A DNA stretch of 64,000 bases from Candidatus Latescibacterota bacterium (GTDB lineage Bacteria > Latescibacterota > UBA2968): the NCBI GenBank assembly GCA_965116885.1, contig OZ220741.1, positions 4,096,001 through 4,160,000 on the forward strand, written 5' to 3'. Numbering within the stretch: position 1 is the first letter of the stretch; every line of letters begins with the position of its first letter. A program made the position numbers and the translations under genes. The notes under the pieces are model-generated. The model searched no databases, was not told the DNA's origin, and saw nothing but the letters and a program-made list of their open reading frames with translations. Positions 63,790 through 64,000 of the stretch are shown piece by piece.

Positions 63790-64000
63790 CTAGCTCGAAT
63801 ACATCATTTTTCTGGCTGCTTTGTCCTTGTGTGGATTTACTGGTTTACGGGCTAAATAACATAGCGTAAAGCAGGACTAACAAAGGACCTGAAGAGATGC
63901 AAAGACAGGCGGAAACACTACAGATACAAAAGCGTAAAGAGAATTAATAGGGAGGAGTTAGACAGGCTTCTTGCCTAAAGCAAAGGAAATGAATCATGGG

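Overview
Gene-dense bacterial chromosomal window of moderate GC, with AT-richer patches at about 180-860, 13.4-14.6 kb and 62.8-64 kb. Housekeeping genes are hsp20-clpB (behind a sigma-54 promoter), an rsmC-like methyltransferase, family-5 UDG, hpt, mutL-miaA-tRNA-Gly(CCC) and metH. They are mixed with many catabolic genes: four Gfo/Idh/MocA oxidoreductases, two sulfatase-fold enzymes, two polysaccharide-lyase-like proteins, a PhyH dioxygenase, a SelA-like PLP enzyme, two xanthine-dehydrogenase-family molybdoenzyme operons, phnX and several transporters. The dockerin/EF-hand-like motif and the gene mix suggest a Latescibacterota-like, possibly sponge-associated organism (inference only). I found no CRISPR array, rRNA, integrase or transposase. 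Best candidates for undescribed systems: (1) a tightly coupled five-gene ExbB/ExbD-type proton-channel operon with three non-canonical partners and no TonB receptor, TolB or Pal in the window (14.7-21.0 kb); (2) a phosphonate module of phnX, a phosphonoacetaldehyde-reductase-type Fe-ADH and a Thr-nucleophile sulfatase-fold hydrolase (40.0-43.5 kb); (3) a Tat-exported PaoABC-like molybdoenzyme with a cytochrome b gene split at a slippery A8 run (32.2-37.5 kb); (4) a PhyH protein with a halogenase-type HxG motif; (5) two unassigned structured RNAs (46.4 kb and 53.1 kb). All calls come from reading motifs by eye; no database searches were run.
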